From Phoronis australis (lineage: Eukaryota > Animalia > Phoronida), in contig NMRA01000171.1 in NCBI GenBank assembly GCA_002633005.1, positions 124,001 to 188,000 of the forward strand: a stretch of DNA of 64,000 nt, in the 5' to 3' direction. The notes below the pieces were generated by a model that was given only the letters and a program-made list of their open reading frames with translations, was not told the DNA's origin and ran no database searches. Shown here piece after piece: positions 1-12,400 of this stretch (positions are counted from its first letter, which is position 1; each line of letters starts with the position of its first letter). Position numbers and translations under genes: made by a program.

Positions 1-260
1 CAAGAGCTGGTAATATTTTATTTTTCATAGAAAGAACTCATAATTTCTTATTTTTTATAAACATAACCGCCCTCAATTGCTTGTCCCCTTCTATATCAAT
101 TCTAGTGAATCGTTCTTTACTCAAATATTGTGTTTGTTTGTTTTCACTGAATTAAGTTAATAGATAGCATCATGGTTGTCAAGGGGTGTTTGCTGAATCA
201 GATGCATTTAACATTTACCAGGAAATCCAATGCTTGATCTCTCCATTGCATGTGTTATAG

Positions 261-426
261 ATGGTCTCCACAGTCTGTTATCCATCTTGTGGCTACGTTC
301 CGTGATATCAGCATGTCTAATGATGAGCTCGGTTTTGTTGTTAACAAGGCGGTCAGATCGTTCAAGACGCTAGACTATACAGAGCTGCCACCTGTTGTCT
401 ACCAGCTGTTACTGTTGTCAACAAAG
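261..426 (+). CDS. FANCI: FANCI exon (WSPQSVIHL...[15 protein letters not shown])
   Basis: ttatag acceptor, AAG|gtatgt donor; conserved [12 protein letters not shown] motif. Confidence 0.92.
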
Positions 427-3400
427 GTATGTACATATAATAAAAGTCTGTAACATATTAATGTATATTATAAGTTCTGAGTATTGTTCTGTAGAAACAA
501 GAAAAACAAGAGAAACCTGAAGCATTGTAATGCACCCGTGACAGCACTGCATACAGTATGCTTCTATGGGTGTCTATCATAGAAATGACCATTAGATGGC
601 GCAGAACTTGCCAAACACCTCCGAATTGAGACAGTGATGGCGTCTCTGTAATACACAACTATTTGCTAAATTTCATGAAAATAAACCAAGGATCTCCAAA
701 GATATAGAGGCAAATGTAAAAAATAATTGACACTAGGGGCGGAGCTATAGTTCGATTGGTCTGAAACTCATCGTCACCTGTTTCCATCTCCGTAGGAGCC
801 CATCTGCCAAATTTCGCAAAGATCCTTCAAAGGATTAAGGAGATGCAGCCGTAGACGCAAAAAAAGCAAATTTGCATCCGAAAATCAATGTCAGCCAGGG
901 TCTTTGTATCAGAAATACAACTGCTAATTTTCATAAGAATCCTTTGAGTAGTATGGCAGATACAGAGGAAGACGCCAGAAAATAGCTGAAAAAATAAGAA
1001 AAGTGGCGTAAAATCCGTCAAATCCACCGAAAAATAGAATTGTGTATCACCTCCTTATTAAAAACATGTTTGCCAAATTTCATGAAAATCCAACAAGGAA
1101 CTCTGAATATATACAGGCAAACGTAAAGAACTAAAATTGCCACTAGGGGGCACTGCAGTATTTGGATTGATCTGAAACTTGTCATCTGTCGTCACCTGCA
1201 ATGAAATCCTGCAAGGGGTTTAACAGATACAGCACCAGATGACGGATGCCGGACGCCCAGACAGAGATGACAACAGTATGCACCCACATATAAATATGTG
1301 GGCACATAAAAATTGTGAGTTTTACGAGCATGTTGAGGGCCTTGCTTGCCCATTTTTTTGTCGTAAGTGCAAGCTCACATATTGCGTCTGCAACCCTGGT
1401 CATTGACTTTTCTCGATTTGCAGTTAGTGGAATGTCAAATATAAGTTGTCATTCTCTGTTTTCAATTGGTTGGTTCAATTGTGGATGATCGCCATCCCAC
1501 AATACATTGTAATGTGACTTATTAGTCTATCTGTAAACATTTCAATGATGAAATGCTTGCGTCCACTAAGCAAACTCAGTGGGTGGTTTTACACTGTTGC
1601 TAAAGAGTCATATATTAGTGTACAGAACAAATTGACAAAGGCAGGCAATCGAATTTCGTGCCTTAAAGTGCCATTCCTTTGTATTAATATAGAGGCTCCC
1701 TGTTCAATAAGTTTCTGGCGGAACTCCCATATTTTAATATTAAAATATAGGGGGCCCCATATTTGAGACGGGAAGTTGAATTTCTTGTCTATGTTATTTT
1801 GATAAGAACAAATCGTTTGAAATAATCAGCTGTTCTAGGTTTCATTTAGGTTAAGTTGGCAATTCACACAGTGTCTGGTTCATTCTCTTGTGGCTGTAAA
1901 ACAACCCTGTTGAACTAGAGGATACTTTTTGTGATTTCAAACGATTGCGTTGGATTTCCAAACTGTTTTCTCATCTCTATCAAGATTCCTTTTGTTAACT
2001 GTTACTGTGTTTAAACTCTCAAACGTTATTTCTGCCATTCAGGGTCACAAGCGTTCTGTCCTGGAAGGAATCTGCGTCTTCTTTACTGAGCAGGATGAGT
2101 CCTGTAAAGCTGACAGTGACGAGTCTAATGGGTTTGTTTACATTCACGTGTCTGACATCAAATCTTTGATTGCTGTTTTATTTGTGTTTGGGTGTCGCAA
2201 GTGTTTATTTTTTTTGTGCCTGGTAAATCTGTTTTAGTTTGCTCCAAAAGTTTGTCAGAATACCTGGCACTCTGTGCCAGACTTCACCATAAACTGTTGA
2301 CCAATATGATGCAAGGCGTGACAGGCATGACTAGCTACAGACAGAATAACTAAATGACAAAGCGCTGAGAAATATTCCTTGGGTGGCCAAAACACACATT
2401 TCGTACATGCTTCTTGTCTCTTAGCTGTGACTGAGTACTTAATAATTTCACCATAAGTCCTGTGCTTGGCTAAAAGCTCAGTCCATTTTTTTTCCATTTT
2501 CTTAGTTTTAATTTCCTAGACGTTGACCAGATATTGGATATGGTATAGCGGATTTGCAGCGACGCCATATTGAAATTAGGTTAAAATGGTGCATTGTGGG
2601 TGCTGTGGTCAGGATTCCGAAAGCAGCCATAGTAACAAGCATAATACGCGGTATGAGCGCGAAGAAAACTTACACTTGTTGTGTTCCTGGCTGCTTCCAA
2701 AACAATAAGAGAGATAAAAATCTGAGTTTTTATGTGTTCCCTGCAAACCAAGAACTTCGTGAAAAATGGATAAACAACATTAGGAGAGCTGGGAGTAAGG
2801 GGAGATTTAGCGCATTCAAACCAACGCGGGCCGTCTACTGAGAGGCAACACGGTACGTGTAGCCCCTCGGTTGGCCATATAGGGGCTACAATACTTCCAT
2901 TCGCTTTCTGTACTCATTTCGTTACTTCAGTGTATTTTAAACGGGCCGTGACCGGATTTGGGTTACCGATTTCGAGTATTCACCTCGTCAAAAATACATT
3001 CTACACTTAAAACTATCATTTAAAAAAACGCTTACTTTCATCATTGGTCCTTTCTACTTCTATACATATCTTTGATAAAGCTTAGTTGTGAGAATTAAGT
3101 TGACTTTGGCGAAGAATTACAACTCCACTTTTTTGGTTGCTGTTAATTTTATCACTGCGTGCACGATAACCGCAAAGCATGTCAACTGAATCTCGTAAGT
3201 TAGGCAAAGGTTAGCGCGAGACTGAGCGAAGCGCGTGACACTAGCGTGCGACCCTTATAAAATAGCATGAGAAGGTATCGGGTGAAACTTGTAAGATGTG
3301 TGTCCCTTGGACTTATTATTCATCAACATGCGTAATTTCACGTAACTTCCTCAAAATGGCACCCGGTAACTGAGAGAAACTCGAGCAAACCGCGACAGAT

Positions 3401-6400
3401 TTTCATCGATTTCAGTGTTCAAGTTTTGCTGACTTATAGTTGTATCCAGAGTCGTGGTATGTGTTAATTATAACTCCGTGTTCCTACATGTATGGTTCAT
3501 TTGATTTTATTTGCTGTATTTTGAAATAAGCAACTTTTTGTGAGCATGTGCTATCACCAGAGACCGTCTTTGCTATCATCCCTGAATGCCTGCAGCATCC
3601 AGTGCGATGTAATTGCCTGGGGGCCATCGTTTGTGTGTTTGAACATTTTCCTGGTGGAAAAAAAGGTATGAAAACAACATTCCGACGAAGTTTCCTCTTA
3701 AAATTAACGTCTCTAGCATATCCACGGCGAAAGCTACAAAAGTTAAGCAACCCAAGAACTCTCAACTTGTCTGAAACCGGAGGAGATTTCGAAATCAAAT
3801 GAACGCCGATAGCCCCAATACTGAACATGACGACAGTCGTGCCCTCGGTCATAGGTCACTGATCATAGCTACGCTGTGTTTACAAACGAGAGAAAGGACT
3901 TGCTTGGTATTATAAAGCAAAAAAATGAAACATGGTTTTTAGTTTGCAAATCACTCCAAATGCACACACTATCCAGCCACCACAAGACATGCCTGACCAC
4001 AAGCTATCCCATGAGCCTTCGCGCAGGAAGTAACTCGCACATGCGCAATGCGTAGTTCGTTTGCGCTGCAAATCCGCTATTGGACAGTATGCTGTAGATC
4101 AATTGGCTAGTACATATTGTGCTTTTAGAATAACAAATTACGTGTCTTTTATTATTGAATTTGAAAATCTCCCTTCTTGGCTTGCTTCCTAGTTTGTGTA
4201 TTAACCCCATATTCTCTGTCTGCAGTGGTGATCTGATCGAGGTTCTCGATGAGGGGGGCACAGTGGAGCAGCTTCGTCACACCGAGGGCACAGTTCTACT
4301 CCATATCACATTTGCTATTAAACAGGACCAAGACCTGGGAAGAGAATTTATCAAGTATATGAAGGTATTTACTGTTTTCAAGCAACAGTGAATACTGTCA
4401 ACTTTCCTAGGATAAAATTTCTTAACCAATTTTCAAGCATTAATTTTTGACTCACAAACCTATGTATTTTTAAAATCCTTGATTATCACAGAATCTTATT
4501 TATATGTCTGGACAAAATAATGCCCAGATATTTGCTATCCCATGATAGCGTTTTTCTAAAAAAGTCTTGATTTTTCATAGAGATCACCTTAATTTCTACA
4601 ATGAAAGACTGTCCAATGTTTTTCAGTGTCTGATGCAGTCAAGTCCCTGTCAACTGCTTAGTCCCTTTAACTTCGCACTGGCGTTATCTGTTGGGAGCAT
4701 TCATTGTTTTGAAGAGCATGTAAGTTTCTAGTACAACCCTTGGCATTAGTCACTTGCAGGGGTCCCGGAATTTGAGAACCAAATTAATGCCCCTTATTCA
4801 TTTAAGAAAACTGGTTCTCGGAATGCAGGACCCTGTAAGTGACTATTACCCAATCCTGTGCATAAAATGATTAATACTAGGTTCTTTGTGGCTTACTTTT
4901 TATGATCGTGTTTATTGTACATGAGTTTGCGTTATTGTGTTAAAAGCAATCAAATTCTGTGCTGAAACTGGTTTTACTGATGTCACTCTGTGTATTAAGA
5001 CTTTATCATGTTTCTAGATGAAGATATGTATTAATGATCAAAATAATTTGTTAAGAACCAATCATCAACAAGTCATTTATTGTTTCACCTTCTTCATTTC
5101 CTTGCATATCTGCTGATACAAGCCAACCTGTAGCTTTTTGACACCATAGCAAAATGTTAATGCTGGTCTATTTGGGACAGAAGCATGCTGCTTGTGGATT
5201 ATTGAGAAACTCTGAGAACATTCAAAACGAGTCATTTTGTATGGTCGCTAGTTGTAAAACTCTCCATTTTGTTGCAGATATTTGACCTCCTCAAATCTGC
5301 AACTCACAAGAGTTATAAAGACCAATTGAAGCAGTGTGAGAGTGCCTGGCTGTCAGATATCTTACCAAGTGGTGGCGCCGCTAGTACAGGACCGTTACTA
5401 ACTGTGGCCAACAGGTGAACACAACCAGCTTATGAACTATGTTTGATTTATACCCATAAAACACCTGTTTTTTATTTCAGTATTCTTTTGAATTGGATAT
5501 ATGAATAAAAAATCAGTCACAATTTGTTATTTATTAAGGTTAGATTTGATTTCAGGGTATTGGCAAAACTGGCTTCATGTTATTGTCTGTGGTTGTAGTC
5601 AATGGTGTACATAGAGGTGTCCTCATTTATGCACTGGAAGTAATAGAGCTGTCATGCAGTAATTTGTAGATTATGCCGACTCCCTCTCGAATACATCATA
5701 TAGTTGCTCCTTAATCCTGTGTATTTCTTTGCTCAATGTTGTTGTATTTGCACTTCCAATCTCTGAGTAATGTAAAAATAAATTATTGTTCACGGCATTG
5801 GGCACAGTTAAGGCCCGTTGGCCATTGACATGAGATAATATGCTGTTAGATTTCAAATTAGCTCTAAAGTTCAAACTTAAAGAATGTTTGACAGATCTGC
5901 AAATCATTTTGGATATTTCTTGATAAACGACCGAAGCTGTAGTCACATATGAAATTTTTGCAGTGAAAGTCACAAAGTAATGGTCACAGAATGACAAATG
6001 CTCCCAACTTTTGCTTAATTTGGCCCTTTCCATCTTTTCCAGCAAGTTCGGCTGGGATCATGTACTCCGTGGATTAGTTCAGTTTGGTTTTACTCTCATG
6101 GAGTCCTTTGGTCCGAAATCGTTCTTTGGTAAGAGTGTAGAAGGCCTGACACCATGTACCCAACAGTCCGCCACTCAACAAGCATGTCAGTTGGGCTCAG
6201 ATGTCTTGTTAGAGACTTTCAAGGTACATAACTGCATTTGTGTGATGTGCTTCATTGTTGTCCTAAACTTGCACTCGAAGTTGGACAAATCTGCAATTTT
6301 TAATGTCATAAGTGTGACTTTGAACCAGACCACTTATGGCTATGACATTGGTATCAATTTGTGTCTCACCCATTTTGGAATTGATCCCTGAAGAACTGAC

Positions 6401-9400
6401 TAATCATTGGCATTGAAAATTGATTTCATGCACCGAAAGTATTATGGCTCAGACCTGTGTACTGTACACAAAAATACAAATACGTGTGGAAATTTTGCGT
6501 GAAGTATGCAAGTATGCAAGATCATGAAAAAAGACGCAAATTTGAAGTAGATTATTTACTGTCAAGAGTTGTTACTGACTTAATGAAGAGTTAATAGAAA
6601 TGATTGAAGATTTTTAAATTAGAAATTAAGAAATATATATTCATATTATTCTAACTAAAAAACGTGAGCTCCAAATTGAAAAACTTTCTCCGATTCATTC
6701 TAAATATAGCAAGATAATTGACGAATCGCAAGGCTTTTTCTATCGATATTCATTATCACCAGCCTAAACTATAAACAAGGACTTCTGTGATTGGTGGATT
6801 GTTTACGTCGTTTAATTCCGGCCATCTCTGGCTAAGTACATACTGTTGTCAAAATGGCAAAGCATGAGAGGTTGTATATTCCGAGCTGTGAAGCAAAGGG
6901 AACCTCTGTTTTTACCATGTTGGTTTCTTCTGGAAGGGACCATCAGATTTATATTGCAAGTTGTGTAATGGGTTGTTTTCTTGCGCATATGGTGACTGCA
7001 TTGACTTCGTGGCAGGTCGAGTCATCGGCAAGAGCCTTGCAGAAGTAGAGTGATTTGAGCAAAAGTGTCAAGTAAAGCCTATTTAAATAATTATTCACTT
7101 GAAATGTTTATTGCGGATGAGGGTAAATGAGAAACTCACCCCTTTGACTTGAACTTTTGGTGACTCCTTGAAAGGGTTGATAAAAAGTTCCCTAGATTTT
7201 GTCTAATATAGAAACACTTGTTCGGAACCTATTTACTCAACAATCTCTCTACATGGTTGAAATGACCTCAGTATAATATTCCACTCAATGTCTTTACTTT
7301 TGTTTTGCAGATTCACGATTCAGTGCGAACAGAAATTATTGAGCAGATAATGAACAGAGTTGTCACCAAAACTACAAGTCGTGTTGGCCATTACCTGGGT
7401 TTGTGTCGTACAGTCTGTGATTCCTCAACTAATGAATGATGTAGTTTGAATTTTATTCCTAATTATTAGATTTGTAAACAAAGTACATTTGTAGAGTTCA
7501 TAGTAATCATGATGTATCAAACTGTCATGTTAAACCAACCATTGTAGTCGTGGCTGTGTTGTTTCAGATTGTCACACTACCATATAACAAAAGTACTATT
7601 ATAGCAGAATATGTACTAGGCCATAACACGACTGAGTATTTTTCAGACCTCCTCTCATCCGCCATGATGTGTGTGCCTCAGTCATTACTTGACTGTGTGC
7701 CCCGTATTCGCCAGGCATTCGACTACCTTTCATACCTCCCACCATCTACGTCCGAGTCTCTGATTGAAGCTATACTACCCCTAATGAAGGTCAACGCTTC
7801 CCTCAGAGATTCATTACTCCTGGTTCTGAGAAAGGCAATGTTTTCCAGGTTTGTGCCATTGTTTACATGGAATGCAGGACACCGTGTGAAATACATACAA
7901 TTTAATAGAACATTTGCTGCATGCCAAGTGTAGCACTAGTCTGGTTTATTCACTTATTTATGATGGTGCTAATCACATTGATTACATTTTTGGCAAGTTA
8001 CAAAAGTGTGTTATTGTCTGTCAATGGCATGTTTTCCGCACAACCTGTACATCTCGCGCAATATTTTACTTTGTTGCAGTTTCAGTACCTGTGATTATAC
8101 TAAGTATGTTTATATGCTTAAAGTCTCAATATAGGAACTTGTAACTCCATTTGGAACAAGCCTGAAATGACAATGCCATGAATTCAGCAAGTTGAGTATT
8201 TTCTCAATGAATGACACACTGTCAGTTCTTCCAGATTCCAATTTTATAACGCCTCAGTAGTTGGATTATTAGTCAGAAGGTGGGCACAAAGCACCTTTAA
8301 CTTGTTTGGTGTTTACAGACAGATCGAAGCACGCCAAGTGGCTTTGAGTGGATTCCTGTTAATTCTGAAACACTTCCGTGTGGTGGGTGCAGCATCTCTC
8401 AGTCAGGCTAGTCAGTGCACGTCATCCAGCCAGGTAAGTACCATCACATCCTTACAATCTTTAGCCACTGCATAACATTGGCCATGTGAAGCTGCTTTTT
8501 TCAAAGTACCTTACAAATGTATTCAGAAACAATGACTCTGAATTACCCACCATGATGACTGGATGGAAGTTGAATTCACCGTCCTGACGAAGAATGAACA
8601 AGGGATTGATAGGAAAGTTGGTAAGGCGGCTACGTCATTTTGTAATTCAAATTTTGATGCACACATGGTTATTACCCATCATTTTTGCCGCTAATAGGTT
8701 TATCCGTCATGACAAAAAGTGGTATTTTGTCTGTGGTTACTTTTGTCTTGTTGTGTATGTTAAGAAATAAATTCACCCAAAAAAGCCTCATCCAAACATT
8801 GAGAGCTGTTGGTCTGGAAAAAGTACAATCTGAATTTTCTCGCAATGCATCTCATTCGTTGAACTCTTTCCAGTTGGGGTGTTTTTATGATGGTGCATCT
8901 CATATTGTGTTTTAAATTTTTGGGTGCAGTTATTTTGATCAGTACTTAAAACTTCATAATTGTGTGCAGATTGCAGTGGACATTCATTCCCAGACCAGTT
9001 CTAACGAGGCGTTGTGTCTGGAGATTCTTGCTAATCTACGCAGACCACTATCACAGCAAGCTGACCTGAGATGTCGACTGTATGAAGTATGCATGCGGTT
9101 GAAAGGCATTTAGATACATCTTGTACGCATCCAATTAATTATTAGCGGTTAGTTCTGACAAGTCAATCAAGCTAATAATTCCATCCAATCGGGTCACGAT
9201 AAAGTGTAAACACCAGGGCTTGGAATGACCAATGACAAAAAACGCGGAAACTTTGAAACTTTCACGGCCGAAATCATGCCCGATAACCAGCCTTGAAATG
9301 GTCAATGTGAACCTTTCCCCGACAAAATTTCGGGAGGACTAAAAAAAGAAAAAGAAAAAAAAAACGTTACCACCATCAGCAGCATGCGTCTGCGTCCTTT

Positions 9401-12400
9401 TAGCTCGCCCGTCCACTCCCAACCCACACATTTTTGGCTGCAGAGTGGTAGTATTTGTCGCCGTGCTTAACAATAACACGAGACGCCATTGAAAATCCCA
9501 CCACGCTGTCCCAGATGTCCCGGCAATGTTGACAATTTATGTTCCTCCGAAATATAAAGAGCAACTTCCGCTTTTCAAGGTGAACGTCGTCAGCAACGCC
9601 GCGGTAAGAAAGGAATTTGCCGCGCAAATTTTATATCAAATCCGATTTTTTTACGCGGAAATATTATAAAAAAAAGCGGAAAGCATATTTGAAAAAAGCC
9701 GAAATCCGCGTTTCCGCGGAAAATTCCAAGCCCTGAAACATGATGGTCCGCCCTATTTGGCCCACAAACCTTAGTTGGGAAGGAAGGCGTTGAGATGGTT
9801 TTATAGTGCACCAGGGCCACTTGCAATACAGATCAACGATATGTGGAGAAAGACGGAAGAAATGTCTGTTACTGATTAAAACTTGCACTAAACTTCACAA
9901 TCAGATGAACATATGCTTAAATTAATAAATTGACCATTATTATCAAGCATGTATGGAGAAATGAGAACAGAGTGAGGACTATCCATTTTCAACTCGTAAA
10001 AGTTTGGAATATTTTTTGAATACTCAGTGATTAAATGCCTTTAATGTATGCCTTAAAACATCCCAGTTGTTCATGATCGCAAGTCACCATTTTCGTGAAA
10101 ATTAACATTTTTTGCATTGAAAAATATTTTCTAAAAAAAAACTGCAGGCAATTGAGTTTGAACTGCGTATTCTTACCATCAATAAGCAGAGAGTCACGAT
10201 TTGCTCTCTAACACAAATATCAGTCATCAAAGTCCTATTTGAAAACAACGTACCACGCGTCTAAGTAACATATAGGTAGCAGAAAATGAAGATATCCAGT
10301 TGGGGTTATTCTAGCAGCAAGTAATGTGGCCATTGGGAAAAGCTTCAACAGTTGCGTGCACTAATCAGGACACGCTCCTCTAAATGTCGTCACAACAAAG
10401 TTGCACTTATGTCACAATAACTCATTCACCCTGTATGCAGATTTAATCCAGCGTAGTCGTGATGTCAAGATTTCTCCAGTGACCAGATTCATGTTTACTT
10501 CACAGGGATTATTCGATATTGTTAGTAGGAACACGCACCTTTGTCAACCTGTGCTACAGTTGTTGTTAAGTCAGGTGAGTTGGGGTTTTCCTCGTGGAAT
10601 TTTTTATTAGGGTACTGTGATTGCCGCAAGAGTAGTCTTTGGTGTGTGTAACCACTTAAATGTTAATTTGTATCAAGTGACGCAAGCCCAAGAGGCTGGG
10701 GATATATTGCATAAAATGTCCATTTTTGTATTACATCCATATCACTATTGCAAATAATAATTATATACAAAAATATTTCATTCTGGTAGTGCATTAATTA
10801 CTGGTTTTTTTGGTTTTGTTGCCATGAATACCAAACTCCATACAAAGTTAAGTTGGGCTTGTTCATCTAGAATTTGAGACTGNCCATCGTAGTCATTCTG
10901 TGATGTGTTACAAGAGGAAAGCTTAACTTGCCTTGTACTAAAAATACAAATCCCTGGTTATCTTAACACTTAGTGCTGTTCCCTTACTTGTTATCAACTA
11001 AGCATTCAATGTGGCATAAAAGTCCATTGTTTCTTCTTCAATTTCTATTGAGCTTTTGGTAGTAGCAGGGCTTGGAATTTTCCGCGGAAACGCGGATTTC
11101 CGCCTTTTTCAAATGTGCTTTCCGCTTTTTTTATAATATTTCCGCGTAAAAAATCGGATTTGATATAAAATTTCCGCGGCAAATTCCTTTCTTACCGCGG
11201 CGTTGCACACGACGTTCACCCCGAAAAGCGGAAGTTGCTCTTTATGTTTTGGAGGAACGTAAATTGTCAACATTGCCGGGGCATCTGGGACAGCGTGGTG
11301 TGATTTTCATGCAGACGCATGCTTCTGATGGTGGTAACGTTTTTTTTTTTTAGTCCTCCCGACTTTTGTCGGGGAAAGATTCACATTGACCATTTCAAGA
11401 CTGGTTATCGGGCATGATTTGGGCCGTAAAAGTTTCCGCGTTTTTTGTCATTGGTCATTCCAAGCCCTGTAGTAGCCACCAGGTACCAGTTTCATGCCTG
11501 GTATTCAGTGGAGAAAACTGGTTCTCAAATGGGGGACTACTGTAAGTGACTCTAACCAATATTTTAAAGAATAGCGAGAATGGACTTGTGCGCGTCAGAA
11601 GCATAGATTTTTTATTCAAGTTGTCCAATCTAGCGATTGTCTGTTCATGAGCTAGGAGTTGATATTGCTAAGATGCAATCTGTTTAGTTGTCTCCAGAAC
11701 GTGATCTTCTGCGAGTTTAAAATGCTACCTAAGTGGATGATCTCTGCATGTGGTTTGTCTCCACCTGCTGGCGGAGCTGTTTCAGATGACATTTATCCCA
11801 CATTCCTGCGCAACATCTCGTGCTATCCATAAAAAGATCAAACACAGTTGTATGACCAGCTCATTAACTAACACAGTCTGACTTAGATTAAGGTTTTGGA
11901 AGTCCTTGTTGACATATTGGTATACTTAGCCAAATATCTAAAAACTATAGATTTTAACCATGTCACAAGACCATGTCTTTTTAAATTTAGCAAAAAGAAA
12001 GAACAGGAGCATTCGTACCATATCTACAGTATCAATAACGTGACCATATTTCATTGCATATAAATGTTCCAGATGAAGTCTCATGGGCATTGTTACAGTT
12101 TTTTAAATTATCATTTTGTTTTCGTTTTATGGAGTTGAGTTTTTCTATAAAAATTCTATTTTGATAGCATCTTGTGCAAAAGCAGAACAGTTTAAAAACA
12201 ACTCCTGTGAGAGTTTTGTAGAACTATGCATGAAGCGTAGCATCTGAAAGTTTCATACAAATCCAACGGCCGTTTTCAAGATAAGACATTCTGAAGTCAA
12301 ATTTGAACATTTTTCTGTAGTCCTACACAACCTTAATGAAAGTTCTTATAACGAACGACAAAAATCAGTACCCACTTGTTTTTTCCTTTATTTATTGTAA

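Noticed and set aside
5671-6045. 124-aa minus-strand intronic ORF
   Set aside because: Non-ATG start, no recognisable motif and no supporting gene structure; cannot be distinguished from chance
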